The translations under genes and the position numbers were made by a program. 54,155 bases of DNA. Source: an uncultured Chlamydiae bacterium. Lineage in GTDB: Bacteria > Chlamydiota > Chlamydiia > Chlamydiales > Parachlamydiaceae. Below the pieces are notes generated by a model, which ran no database searches, was not told the origin of the DNA, and saw only the letters and a program-made list of their open reading frames with translations. The stretch's first letter is position 1. Every line of letters starts with the position of its first letter. The stretch is from positions 1 to 54,155 of the forward strand of contig CAWHMU010000034.1 in NCBI GenBank assembly GCA_963830365.1. The letters are read 5' to 3'. Shown here one piece after another: positions 19,392 through 28,754 of the stretch.

Positions 19392-20963
19392 TCAATAAGG
19401 GCTCGCTGAAGGATGCAAGGTTGCCAGCATGTGATCGATTTTACGCTTGGCGGCGTTTATTTTATCTTTATGCTGCTGGCAGGCATCAGGATCTCTTTGC
19501 CAGAACCACTTGCCAGATTGCTGCTTTTCACAAGCTGCCAGCTTGGCTTCTTCCGAGTGCATTTCCTGACTGACACCCAGGCTATTGAAATGCCTATATC
19601 CCAAACCGATGGTCTTGAAGATTTTTGCAGATAGATGGGCCATATTGATGCCATAGACGACAGCATTCCTAAAGGCCTTAAGAGGATTGAGGTTTCTGTT
19701 CTTCCATGCCTTCTTTATCCCGCCAAACACCGATATGGCCACTGCCGCCGCCGCCAGACAGGCATGCGCATTTAAGAGCATGGCCTTAAAATCGCCCCAT
19801 GCCGGATCGGCTACATCGACGGCAATGCCAGAAATGCGTTTTAGCGCGGTTAAGGATGCCATCCACAACCCCGCGCATCCGGCGATAAGGCCCTTAGCCA
19901 ACACCGGACGATGGGCGCAAAGATGTACCAAGCCGGCCAACATAGGGCCATAACTGGCTAGCTGGGCGAGCGACGCCAAGCCCCATATGGCATAATTGCC
20001 CTTCTCGGCAGAAAGAGCATAATGCACTGCCCATTCGGCCGCAATCAATGTGGCCATTAGGGCTTGCGTACGGCTTAAATTTAAAGGATCGTGCTTGTGC
20101 GCACAGGCTCCAATCAGTGCCAACGGCGATATCCCATAGGCATCGCTTTTACTGATATCTATCTTGGCTTGGTTGATAAGCAGCTGGATACATGGCGATG
20201 CCATGGCACAGGCGAAATGCAAAGGGTTTTGTCCGTCTTTGTTGACGACTAGATTCAAATCAATGCCATGTGCTAACGCTATCACAAGGAGTTTCTCGTT
20301 GCCCTGTGTCGCAGCAAAATGCAGCAGGGTATTTCCCGCCGCATCGATTTGTTCATCGAGGCTTATGTATTTCTTATTAAACCCGTATCCAAAGACCACA
20401 TGGGGGGAAACCTGGCATGCCGAATCCAACGCCGGTGCTAACAGGGCTTTGGATGTCGCAAAAACAGGATATTGAATATCTTCCATCTGTTCGTCCGTGA
20501 CAGCTACCCCTTTACCAGCCATGCCTTTAATATACTCACAGACGAGTTCTAAGTGGCCAGGATTGTGCAATACCGTCGAGGCGGCATCCACCTTATGCCC
20601 GATCACATAAGCCAGCAGCTCGGGCATCAGCTGATCGCGCCTTATCGACATCATGGCATAATCGTAGGCGGTCAGCCTCTGTCCGTCTTTTAACTCAGGC
20701 TTAGCTCCCTGCTCGATCAAAAATTTGGCGATAGGCATATGTCCACTGCTGACCGCGAGATGCAAAGCCAAATCCCCGTCCAGCGGCAGATTGACCAAAG
20801 CCAATGGCGCTGCGGCTAATAGTTTCTGCACCGCGGGCAGGTCGCCCAAGCGGCAAGCTTTTAGCAATACATGCAGGGGATTTTCAGCGCTTTCACCCAC
20901 CCAGTTCCATGGCCATAGGCAGGCACAGACAGCAGTGATCGATGGCACAGGCATCTCCTCCAA
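19392..20963 (-). CDS. Ankyrin-repeat membrane protein, paralog 2 (no J-like tail); start may be ATG 20954
   Basis: Clearly homologous to 17506-19296 and 23377-25137 through the ankyrin and TM region; ends before the HPD module. Confidence 0.85.
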   Translation of the reverse strand: MEEMPVPSITAVCACLWPWNWVGESAENPLHVLLKACRLGDLPAVQKLLAAAPLALVNLPLDGDLALHLAVSSGHMPIAKFLIEQGAKPELKDGQRLTAYDYAMMSIRRDQLMPELLAYVIGHKVDAASTVLHNPGHLELVCEYIKGMAGKGVAVTDEQMEDIQYPVFATSKALLAPALDSACQVSPHVVFGYGFNKKYISLDEQIDAAGNTLLHFAATQGNEKLLVIALAHGIDLNLVVNKDGQNPLHFACAMASPCIQLLINQAKIDISKSDAYGISPLALIGACAHKHDPLNLSRTQALMATLIAAEWAVHYALSAEKGNYAIWGLASLAQLASYGPMLAGLVHLCAHRPVLAKGLIAGCAGLWMASLTALKRISGIAVDVADPAWGDFKAMLLNAHACLAAAAVAISVFGGIKKAWKNRNLNPLKAFRNAVVYGINMAHLSAKIFKTIGLGYRHFNSLGVSQEMHSEEAKLAACEKQQSGKWFWQRDPDACQQHKDKINAAKRKIDHMLATLHPSASPY

Positions 20964-21120
20964 TTGAATTTTGAAAGATACTTCCCGATACTAAACACAG
21001 ATCCGCATCAAACGCAATCGATTAGATGATATTTTAAACTTCTACAGCTAGGGAATCAGCCTTGCGCCACGGCCTTTTGATAATAGATTTGAACGACGCG
21101 CAGCAAAAATAACAGGATTT

Positions 21121-21847
21121 TATTCATCGCACCATCGCGTACCTATCTGAGAGGATTCGTCAAAAAGACTTAATAGTGGCTGGTTGGAAAGCGAGAATTA
21201 ACAATATATTTGTAAGATTCTCTTTGAAACAAATCGACATTCTAGCACAGAAGGTCTAGTTAGCCTCGATAGAGGCGGAAGCATGTAGCCATAGGTGTCA
21301 ACCTATGGAATGAAATGTAGCAAAAAGTGAGCCGTGAATACGGCGACAGCAACTTCGAGGGAAGTTTAATCCTATACAATTATGATAGCAGATAATATTC
21401 TTTAGTCGATGCTGTAGCCGTATTCACGGCTTTGTTTATAAACATGCGATGACCACACGCTGACGCATGTGGCTACATGCTTTCGCCTCTATCGAGGCTT
21501 TTAAAATGTTCTCATGGTTTGTGTGCCCTGTCGCTTATCTGGCAGCACTAGCTTAACTCCTACCTTCACAGGAGCGAACGCGCAACTTGCGGATTTTTAT
21601 GATGCATTATTTGCAACGACCTCGATTAATTTACATGGGGCAAGGTACTCATTTGAGGGAGTTGCAAAAAGATTTGGCATCTCTAGGATTGAAAGTTGCA
21701 TCGATGATTGTACCTGCATGGACCGTTTTTCAATTCTAGAAGAGCTAAAATCCCAAAAAAGCGTGTTTTTATCAGGAGTCGACGCCTAATTAAGGAGAAA
21801 TTAAAATCATTTATATTTTTGCAACGCCCTCATTTGTGTGGCGAGCC
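21121..21847. mobile_element. ISL3-ended MITE-A copy 2 (degenerate left end; MITE-D in right TIR)
   Basis: TTCATCGCACCATCGCGTACCT ... AGGTACTCATTT[D]GTGTGGCGAGCC; interior nearly identical to copy 3. Confidence 0.85.
21655..21831. mobile_element. MITE-D (177 bp)
   Basis: TIRs GAGGGAGTTGCAAAAA / TTTTTGCAACGCCCTC; TSD ATTT at 21651-21654 and 21832-21835. Confidence 0.85.
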
Positions 21848-21898
21848 ATTAAAAATTAGATTAGATGAATAGCATGACCCTAATATCCTGTTATTTTT

Positions 21899-22442
21899 GG
21901 TTCATCGCACAATCGCGTACCTGTCCTAGAGGATTCGTCAAAAAGACTTAATAGTGGCTGGTTGAAAAGCGAGAATTAACAATATATTTGTAAGGTTCTC
22001 TTTGAAACAAATCGACATTCTAGCACAGAAGGTCTAGTTAGCCTCGATAGAGGCGGAAGCATGTAGCCATAGGTGTCAACCTATGGAATGAAATGTAGCA
22101 AAAAGTGAGCCGTGAATACGGCGACAGCAACTTCGAGGGAAGTTGAATTAAATGCGATTATTACACCATATAATATCCTTTTGTCATTGCTGTCGCCGTA
22201 TTCACGGCTTTGTTTCTAAACATGCGATGACCACACGCTGACGCATGTGGCTACATGCTTCCGCCTCTAGCGAGGCTTTAAAAATGTTCTCATGGCTTGC
22301 GCCCTGTCGCTTATATGGCAGTACTGGCTCAACTCCTACCTTCACAGGAGCGAACATGCAATTTGCGGATTTTTATGATGCATTATTTGCAATGACCTCG
22401 ATTAATTTACATAAGGCGAGGTACTCATTTGTGTGATGAGCC
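21899..22442. mobile_element. ISL3-ended MITE-A copy 3 (intact, 544 bp)
   Basis: GGTTCATCGCACAATCGCGTACCT / AGGTACTCATTTGTGTGATGAGCC; 8-bp TSD TTATTTTT at 21891-21898 and 22443-22450. Confidence 0.92.
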
Positions 22443-22510
22443 TTATTTTTGCTCCGGTGTGTTACCTTCTATGCACCCTCTTCTAGGGTGTATCATTTAA
22501 CCATAGAATA

Positions 22511-22567
22511 CCCAGGGCTGCGCTAGCGCTTGCCCTGGGCTACATGCCCTCACTCCCTTTCTGGGGT
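22511..22567. repeat. REP-like hairpin unit
   Basis: CCCAGGGC..GCCCTGGGCTACATG, sharing the GGCTACAT tail with the MITE-A and MITE-B hairpins. Confidence 0.5.
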
Positions 22568-22655
22568 GGGTTGTCAATATAGCTAGATTTGACACTTATG
22601 TTTGCGGCGGCCGCGGCAAACTGCAGCCATGCAAAACCATGAAGGGATGAACAGT

Positions 22656-23375
22656 TCAACCATTTGCCCTTGCGGGGCGCACCGGGGCGTGCGTGCGCAC
22701 AAAAAGTGTGCCCTTGCCGCTGAATTCGCACACATAGCCTTCGCCGGAAGCAAAAAAACTGAACGCCTTCTTGCCCAGCAATCTGACCTTGCAATCCAAC
22801 CCTTCCGTAAAGGCCAGCACATGATTGTTGTCGACCACGACCGGCTTGGCAGGGTTCACTTCGATCGGCACAATGGCGCTGTTATCGGAATGGAAAAATA
22901 CTTTCCCCGGCAGCCCGTCCTTCAACGAGGCCTGGAATTTCATCAGGCCCGTACCCTTCCAATCGATCACTCTATCAAAGCGGCTGGTCAGCTCCACATT
23001 GGGCGATGAAGCCAAATAGCTGCCTGCAACCAGGTTGATCTTGTTCTGCGAAATGGGATCCAGATAATATTCAGCGATGTGTCCCGGCTTTGGAGTGGCC
23101 AAGCTAAGCCACGCCCCTGCCTCTTGCGCCTTAAAGGTATTGGTAAAAAGGCTTTCCCCGCTGAAAAACATCCTTTTGAATACGCTCCAGCAGCTCTTAC
23201 CGGACATCGCCGTTTCCATCGTCACGCCGCGGCCGGCTAAAAAAGCCCCCGGCTCGGCGTCGATCTTTTCGCCGGCCTTAAGCTGGACAGTGACCTGGCT
23301 CTCGTAGATAGGATGATGGAACTCTTGCCCAGGAATCCTGGCCTGCGGCAGCGGGCTGTTTATAACTGTTAACAT
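22656..23375 (-). CDS. AIM24 / TIGR00266 family protein
   Basis: AEPGAF, FKRMFFSGESLFTNTF, GSYLAS, VVDNNHVLAF and SGEGYVCEFSGKG motifs. Confidence 0.88.
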   Translation of the reverse strand: MLTVINSPLPQARIPGQEFHHPIYESQVTVQLKAGEKIDAEPGAFLAGRGVTMETAMSGKSCWSVFKRMFFSGESLFTNTFKAQEAGAWLSLATPKPGHIAEYYLDPISQNKINLVAGSYLASSPNVELTSRFDRVIDWKGTGLMKFQASLKDGLPGKVFFHSDNSAIVPIEVNPAKPVVVDNNHVLAFTEGLDCKVRLLGKKAFSFFASGEGYVCEFSGKGTLFVRTHAPVRPARANG

Positions 23376-23376
23376 C

Positions 23377-25137
23377 TTAAACTCCTAGGAGAAGTGTTTT
23401 TCTAGCTTCTGTTATAGTTCTAAATATGATTTCGCATTCATCCTTCTGCTCTTTTGGACATTTGTCAGGATGGAATCGCAGAACTAAAGGACGATACAAA
23501 TTGTTAATGTATTCTTTTTCATTTTCTTCGTAGCACTTGTCTTCAAAAACACCTCCGGCAGCCAGTATTTTTTTGGCATCGCCCAACTCGTTAGGGTTAA
23601 GATTAACATCCGGCTTTGCAGTATTGTTCGTAACTGCATTTGAACATGATTTTGCAGTGGATGATCCCCAAAGTGAAGACACCCATGAAAAGAGAGATTT
23701 GTTCATGATTCTTTCAATCTTGCTCTCAATGTTACTGTATTCCTTTTCAATTTGCCTACATTCTTCACTATGCCGCGACCTATATGTCGGGCAATTAAAA
23801 GCATAGTCGGCTGCACTTGCCGCCTTCTGAGCTTGCAAAGGGATCGTTCTAAAATACCTGAATCCCCAATCGATGGTGGAAGCAAGCTTTGGAGCCATTC
23901 CTGCAAAATTTATGCCATAAACGGCGACGTTCCTAAGGGCTTTAAGAGGATTTAAACTTTTGTTCTTCCATGCCTTTTGGACGCCTTCAAAGGCCGATTT
24001 GGCTATGCATACCGTCGATGCTATGTTGATGAAAGGCAAAACAGCACCTAAATGGTCTCGACCCGCTATCCATATTGCTGCAAAACTCAGATTGGCAGTA
24101 CCTGGCCAATGCACGGCCATGGTGAGAAATTCAGCAAAACGCGTTAGCTGAGATAAAGATGCCAAGCCCAATAAGGCATAGTTGGCAGCCGCCGGGTTCA
24201 GCGCATAATGCGCCACCCACTCGGCCGCAATCAGCGTCGCCAAAACAGCTTGCGTACGGCTCAAATTCAGCGGATTTTTCTTGTCGGCACAGGCGCCGAC
24301 CAAGGCTAATGGAGAGATGCCCTTACCATCGTTCTGGCTGATACCCATTTTGGCTTCATTGACCAGCATTTTGATACATGAAGATTCCATAGCACAAGCA
24401 AAATGCAGCGGGGTTTGTCCTTCTTTGTTTTTAAGCAGATTGAGGTCAATTCCATGCTCAAGCGCTATTTTAAGCAGCTTCTCGTTGCCTTGCGCCGCCG
24501 CGAAATGCAGCAGGGTGTTGCCTGCGGCATCCATATGCTCATCAATTCTTAGCAGTTTCTTGTCCAATCCGAAGCCGAACATAAAGTGCGGCAACACCTT
24601 GGCTGGTTGAAGTTCAATGCCTGCTTGGCCTGTCGCCACCGCGCCGGCAGGAAACTGCACATCTTTCATCTGTTCTTCGGTCACTTGCGCACCCTTGACA
24701 GCAATTTCTTTGATTTTTTCACAGAGACTATGTAGCTCTGCTAATTTCTGCGGATCCTGCAATACTGTCATGGAAGCTTCCACTTTCTGTCCAATCACGC
24801 AAGCCAGCAGCTCTGGCATCAGTTGATCGCGGCTTGACGATAGCATGACATAGTCGTAAGCGGATAACTCCTGTCCATCCTTTAACCCCGGCTTAGCTCC
24901 GTTTTCAATCAGCAGTTTTACAATTTCCATCTGCCCTTGGCCGATGGCGACATGCAACGGCAACTCGCCATTTAGCGGCGTATTGAGCAAATCTGCTGGC
25001 GCAGTGGCTAATAATTTCTGTAAAGCCGGCAGATCGCCCTGGCCACACGCCTTTAGTATTAAAGGCTGTGGATTTGCAGCACTTGTACCGCCCCAGTTCC
25101 AAGGCAGTATGGATGAAATTGAATTGATGGATGGCAT
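23377..25137 (-). CDS. Ankyrin-repeat membrane protein with C-terminal J-domain-like (HPD) module, paralog 3
   Basis: Ankyrin motifs LPLHVAI, GNTLLHFAA, GQTPLHFAC; TM region; YRPLVLRFHPDKC...ITEARKTL. Confidence 0.85.
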   Translation of the reverse strand: MPSINSISSILPWNWGGTSAANPQPLILKACGQGDLPALQKLLATAPADLLNTPLNGELPLHVAIGQGQMEIVKLLIENGAKPGLKDGQELSAYDYVMLSSSRDQLMPELLACVIGQKVEASMTVLQDPQKLAELHSLCEKIKEIAVKGAQVTEEQMKDVQFPAGAVATGQAGIELQPAKVLPHFMFGFGLDKKLLRIDEHMDAAGNTLLHFAAAQGNEKLLKIALEHGIDLNLLKNKEGQTPLHFACAMESSCIKMLVNEAKMGISQNDGKGISPLALVGACADKKNPLNLSRTQAVLATLIAAEWVAHYALNPAAANYALLGLASLSQLTRFAEFLTMAVHWPGTANLSFAAIWIAGRDHLGAVLPFINIASTVCIAKSAFEGVQKAWKNKSLNPLKALRNVAVYGINFAGMAPKLASTIDWGFRYFRTIPLQAQKAASAADYAFNCPTYRSRHSEECRQIEKEYSNIESKIERIMNKSLFSWVSSLWGSSTAKSCSNAVTNNTAKPDVNLNPNELGDAKKILAAGGVFEDKCYEENEKEYINNLYRPLVLRFHPDKCPKEQKDECEIIFRTITEARKTLLLGV

Positions 25138-25280
25138 AAAACCCCGAAAATTATTTTTAATAAGTTAAAATTTAATATATTAGACCGTTAAAAGCAAGCT
25201 AATATACAACTTGGCAAACGCTAGCCCACAACAACAATTTGCTTATAACGAGCTAGATTTACATTCAAATCAATTGTTAT

Positions 25281-26607
25281 GGCTCATCGTGCAAATGAGT
25301 ACCTAACTTTGTGTAAACTATAGAGACGTAATTTAAAATACTCCATATCTCGAAATCCGTAAGCTTGGCGCTTCATTGTTTTAATCTTGTTATTGATCCC
25401 CTCAGTCTTTGCATTGGTGATGGGATGTTTAAAATAGTTTACCAATCCTTGCCAATGCCTAAGCAGGGTTTTTCCTGCCTTCTCCAGCTCATGTATCCCT
25501 GACTCCATAGTATCCATTATCCACCAAGCAAGAAATCTAGCCCCCTCTTTCACCGTCTGTTTAGACCAAAATTGACGAATTTGCTCCTTCATTGCATGAG
25601 CCAAGGCTATCGGTTGATTTACTTCTAAAAGGCATTCCAAACTACTTTTTCTCTTAGAATCAAGTTTTTCATAGTTCCTTAAAAGTAAAAATCTCATTCC
25701 TTTAATGACTCTTAAGCCAACTTCATTGCATTTTGCCTGCTGATCTCTCCGGATTTCCTCGATTGCCGTATTCAATAATGCCACGACATGAAATCGATCA
25801 AATACTATGTCAACATCCGGTAAATGATTTTGTACAGCTGATGCATAGGCTGCATTCATGTCCATAGCCATCGCTTTGAGCTGTAAAGCCTTTTCCTTCA
25901 ACTCTAAGAGGAATGGGATTACGCTTCCCATGCTTTTACCTTCTACGGCGTGAATGATTTCTCCTGTCTCAAGGTTGATGAAAATCGTCATGTATTCATG
26001 CCCTTTTCGAATACTAAACTCATCGATGCCCACGTATCGAAGGGATGTAAAATCGAAACTCTTATACTCCCTCTGAAGATATGCTTTATGTATACCCTTC
26101 ACGAGACTCCAAGAAACCCCAAGGAATTTTGCCACATGTTCTATTGTTGCAAACCCCATAAGATTAATGACAAACTTCTCAAAGGAAGTGGTATAACGCT
26201 TTCTGGGCTTGACAAAGGGAATCGGGGGCCACCAAACGTGTAGGCAATTGACGCATTGAAGACGATGTAGCCGCAGGTTGAGAAAAGCCATTTTGTTCCC
26301 TAGAGGGGCCATGCGAAGCCTACGTAACTTCAGTCCCTTCGATATGGATTCACTGTTCCCACAGCAAGGACAAAGTGTTTTTTTGGGTTGAAGAAGCGCC
26401 TCGAAAAGTATTTTGTCTTCATGATATTCACGATTCAGGACTTGAACATCTTCGATCTGATTGGTATGGTAAAGCAGTGAAGCAGGCATATTAAATCTCC
26501 TTTTTTGTCGAAGGATTTAATAAATTGTCTGCTTCTCTTTTTCAACTAGTTAAACTAGCCCCATTTCTTCGTTCTCCTCGGCTAGGTACTCATTTGCGCG
26601 ATGAGCC
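25281..26607 (-). mobile_element. Complete ISL3-family IS (1327 bp)
   Basis: TIRs GGCTCATCGTGCAAATGAGTACCTA / TAGGTACTCATTTGCGCGATGAGCC; 8-bp TSD ATTGTTAT at 25273-25280 and 26608-26615. Confidence 0.96.
25284..26489 (-). CDS. ISL3-family transposase
   Basis: 401 aa; GIDEFSIRKGH, MAMDMN, IVFDRFHV, EGINNKIKTMKRQAYGFRD. Confidence 0.96.
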   Translation of the reverse strand: MPASLLYHTNQIEDVQVLNREYHEDKILFEALLQPKKTLCPCCGNSESISKGLKLRRLRMAPLGNKMAFLNLRLHRLQCVNCLHVWWPPIPFVKPRKRYTTSFEKFVINLMGFATIEHVAKFLGVSWSLVKGIHKAYLQREYKSFDFTSLRYVGIDEFSIRKGHEYMTIFINLETGEIIHAVEGKSMGSVIPFLLELKEKALQLKAMAMDMNAAYASAVQNHLPDVDIVFDRFHVVALLNTAIEEIRRDQQAKCNEVGLRVIKGMRFLLLRNYEKLDSKRKSSLECLLEVNQPIALAHAMKEQIRQFWSKQTVKEGARFLAWWIMDTMESGIHELEKAGKTLLRHWQGLVNYFKHPITNAKTEGINNKIKTMKRQAYGFRDMEYFKLRLYSLHKVRYSFAR

Positions 26608-26680
26608 ATTGTTATAACAAAAAATCATTAAGATTACATAAAGTTAAATGAAAAAGCTAGAATCAATGGCTGCTTAATGC

Positions 26681-26919
26681 GGTTCATCACACAAACGAGT
26701 GGTTGACAGAGATGACCGCTCAAGAACTCATGACGTGAAAGGACTTTGAGGATTGGGGTCTGGCTTGTGATTTGTGATTTGAAAGTCCTAAATGCATTAG
26801 AAAGCCCGACTCCTTTCAAATCGCAAATCGCAAGCCTGACCTCAATCCGTTCAGCCAAAGCCTACATGATGAGTTTTTGAGATGTTAGCTCTGTCAACCA
26901 CTCATTTGTGTGATGACCC
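26681..26919. mobile_element. ISL3-ended MITE-C (239 bp, whole-length foldback)
   Basis: GGTTCATCACACAAACGAGTGGTTGAC / GTCAACCACTCATTTGTGTGATGACCC; 8-bp TSD CTTAATGC at 26673-26680 and 26920-26927. Confidence 0.9.
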
Positions 26920-26964
26920 CTTAATGCAAGTTTTGGACACGGCGTTGGTTTTTCGGCTATTATC

Positions 26965-27125
26965 ATAATTTTGTCCCTCTAAACATCCAGGCCAAAAGCT
27001 TGCGTTAGCCGTGAATATGGCAGAAGCATGTAGCCACAAGTGGTGAGCCTGTGGCTACATGCTTCTGCCATATTCACGGCTAACTCAAGATTCTTGATGC
27101 TGGATGTTTAGAGGAACGAAATTAT
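26965..27125. repeat. Family E palindrome with a perfect 35-bp stem
   Basis: 27004-27038 is the exact reverse complement of 27050-27084 (11-nt loop); outer arms CCTCTAAACATCCAG / CTGGATGTTTAGAGG. Confidence 0.85.
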
Positions 27126-27268
27126 ACCACATATGGTTGAATTATCCAATTTTGCAAGGCTGCGCATCCTGCAAAACCGGATAACCCAAGATTGAGCCGT
27201 TGCTTTATCGTCCAGCAAACGAAAAGGACCTAAGGGACGCTTCTTTAGGTCTCATCGGTCCTTTTCCT

Positions 27269-28657
27269 TTATTTAACGACCACGGGATAGCCGGCTTTTA
27301 GCCAGGCCTGCATGCCGCCGCGCACATTGATCGACGCATAACCCGCCTGTCTATTAAGCAACGAGGCGATGACAGAAGCTCTGGTGCCGCTGCGGCAGAC
27401 GACGGCTATCGGCACGTCTTTGGGCAGCAGCTCAAGGCTCTGCGGAATGCGCGATAGCTCCACATGATGCGCGCCGGCGATGTGGCCGTCATGCCATTCG
27501 TGCGGCGCGCGCACATCCAGGATGAAAAAATCAGGCTGTTCCTTTTGCAACCTTTCCACATCGATCATCGGAGAGGTCGCTACCTCCTGCGCCTCCCACG
27601 GCCATTGGCTAGCCAGGCAGATGCCGCGCACACGGTCCATGCCAATGAGCCGCAGCGCCTGCAATACCGGCAGCGCGTCAGGGGCATGTTCGACCATCAA
27701 GATGATCTCTTTATCCTGCGGCAGCACGCTGCCGGCCCAGGTAGAGAAATGTGGCGCAAAGGGGATGTTAAGCGTTTCCTTGAGATGCCCGGCGGCAAAG
27801 GCTTCAGGTCCACGCGCATCCACCAATACAGCGTCAGGCAGATATGCCCTTAGCTGCTCCATAGTTAATATCGGCGGCAGCTCTTGCCCTGGCGGTTTGG
27901 CAAGGCCCGTGACATTGACGCGCTTCATCTGCCTGAAATAGGCCGGCGCTGCCGGGATGTCCTTCAACAGGTTGGCATGCCACTGCCCATAGCTCTGCGG
28001 CAAAAGCCACGGATTGCAATGCTTTTCATATCCCAGCGTAGAAGTGTCGGCCCCGCCGATCCCCTTGCCGCACAGCGACTCCGCCCCATGCCCGGGATAC
28101 ACCTGCAGGAATTCCGGCAAGGCATACAGCACATTAAATAGACTGCGATACAGCTGCTTCACCAAAATTTCTTCCAGCTCATGCCCCATCAGATCAGGCC
28201 TGCCGACACTGCCGACAAATAATAAGTCGCCGGTAAAAGCCACACAAGGGGTGCGCGGACTGCGTCGTTCGTCAAAAGCCAGCCAGATGAGGTGTTCCGG
28301 CGTATGTCCGGGTGTATGCAGCGCTTCAAGATGCACATTGCCAAGCGAAATGCTATCACGATCTTTCACAATGTGATCGGCATAATGCGGAATCCATTCC
28401 TCCCCTCCCATGCCCGAACAGTGGATCACGGGTTTGCCGCCAAGAGCGGCTTTCAGCTCCTTGGCCCCCGAGACAAAATCCGCATGCACATGCGTCTCTA
28501 AAATGTCCGTGATCGCCACCTTGTCCAGCAGAGCCTGCGCCAGATAGACTTCGATGTGGCGCGTCGGATCGATCAAAGCGCCGCGCCTAGTCTCCTCATC
28601 AAAGATTAGATAGGAATTTATCGATAGGCCCGGCGTGAAAAAACGTTTGATTTGCAT
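27269..28657 (-). CDS. MBL-fold hydrolase fused to two rhodanese domains (persulfide dioxygenase/sulfurtransferase-like)
   Basis: ETHVHADFVSG, HTPGHTPEH, FTGDLLFVG.VGRPDL, YPGHG; C-terminal DVR..EW..GHI and VCRSGTRA. Confidence 0.92.
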   Translation of the reverse strand: MQIKRFFTPGLSINSYLIFDEETRRGALIDPTRHIEVYLAQALLDKVAITDILETHVHADFVSGAKELKAALGGKPVIHCSGMGGEEWIPHYADHIVKDRDSISLGNVHLEALHTPGHTPEHLIWLAFDERRSPRTPCVAFTGDLLFVGSVGRPDLMGHELEEILVKQLYRSLFNVLYALPEFLQVYPGHGAESLCGKGIGGADTSTLGYEKHCNPWLLPQSYGQWHANLLKDIPAAPAYFRQMKRVNVTGLAKPPGQELPPILTMEQLRAYLPDAVLVDARGPEAFAAGHLKETLNIPFAPHFSTWAGSVLPQDKEIILMVEHAPDALPVLQALRLIGMDRVRGICLASQWPWEAQEVATSPMIDVERLQKEQPDFFILDVRAPHEWHDGHIAGAHHVELSRIPQSLELLPKDVPIAVVCRSGTRASVIASLLNRQAGYASINVRGGMQAWLKAGYPVVVK

Positions 28658-28754
28658 CTTTAATCATTTGGTATAAGTTAATCAGTCAATTGCTTATAAT
28701 AGCGATCAACTATCATAAAAGCGATATTTTTTAAAATTATTTTCTGGTAATCCA

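Noticed and set aside
21514..22436. Short ORFs 21514-21789 and 22245-22436 (and 4864-5049) with similar peptides
   Set aside because: Translations of MITE-A right arms; starts and stops are not conserved between copies.
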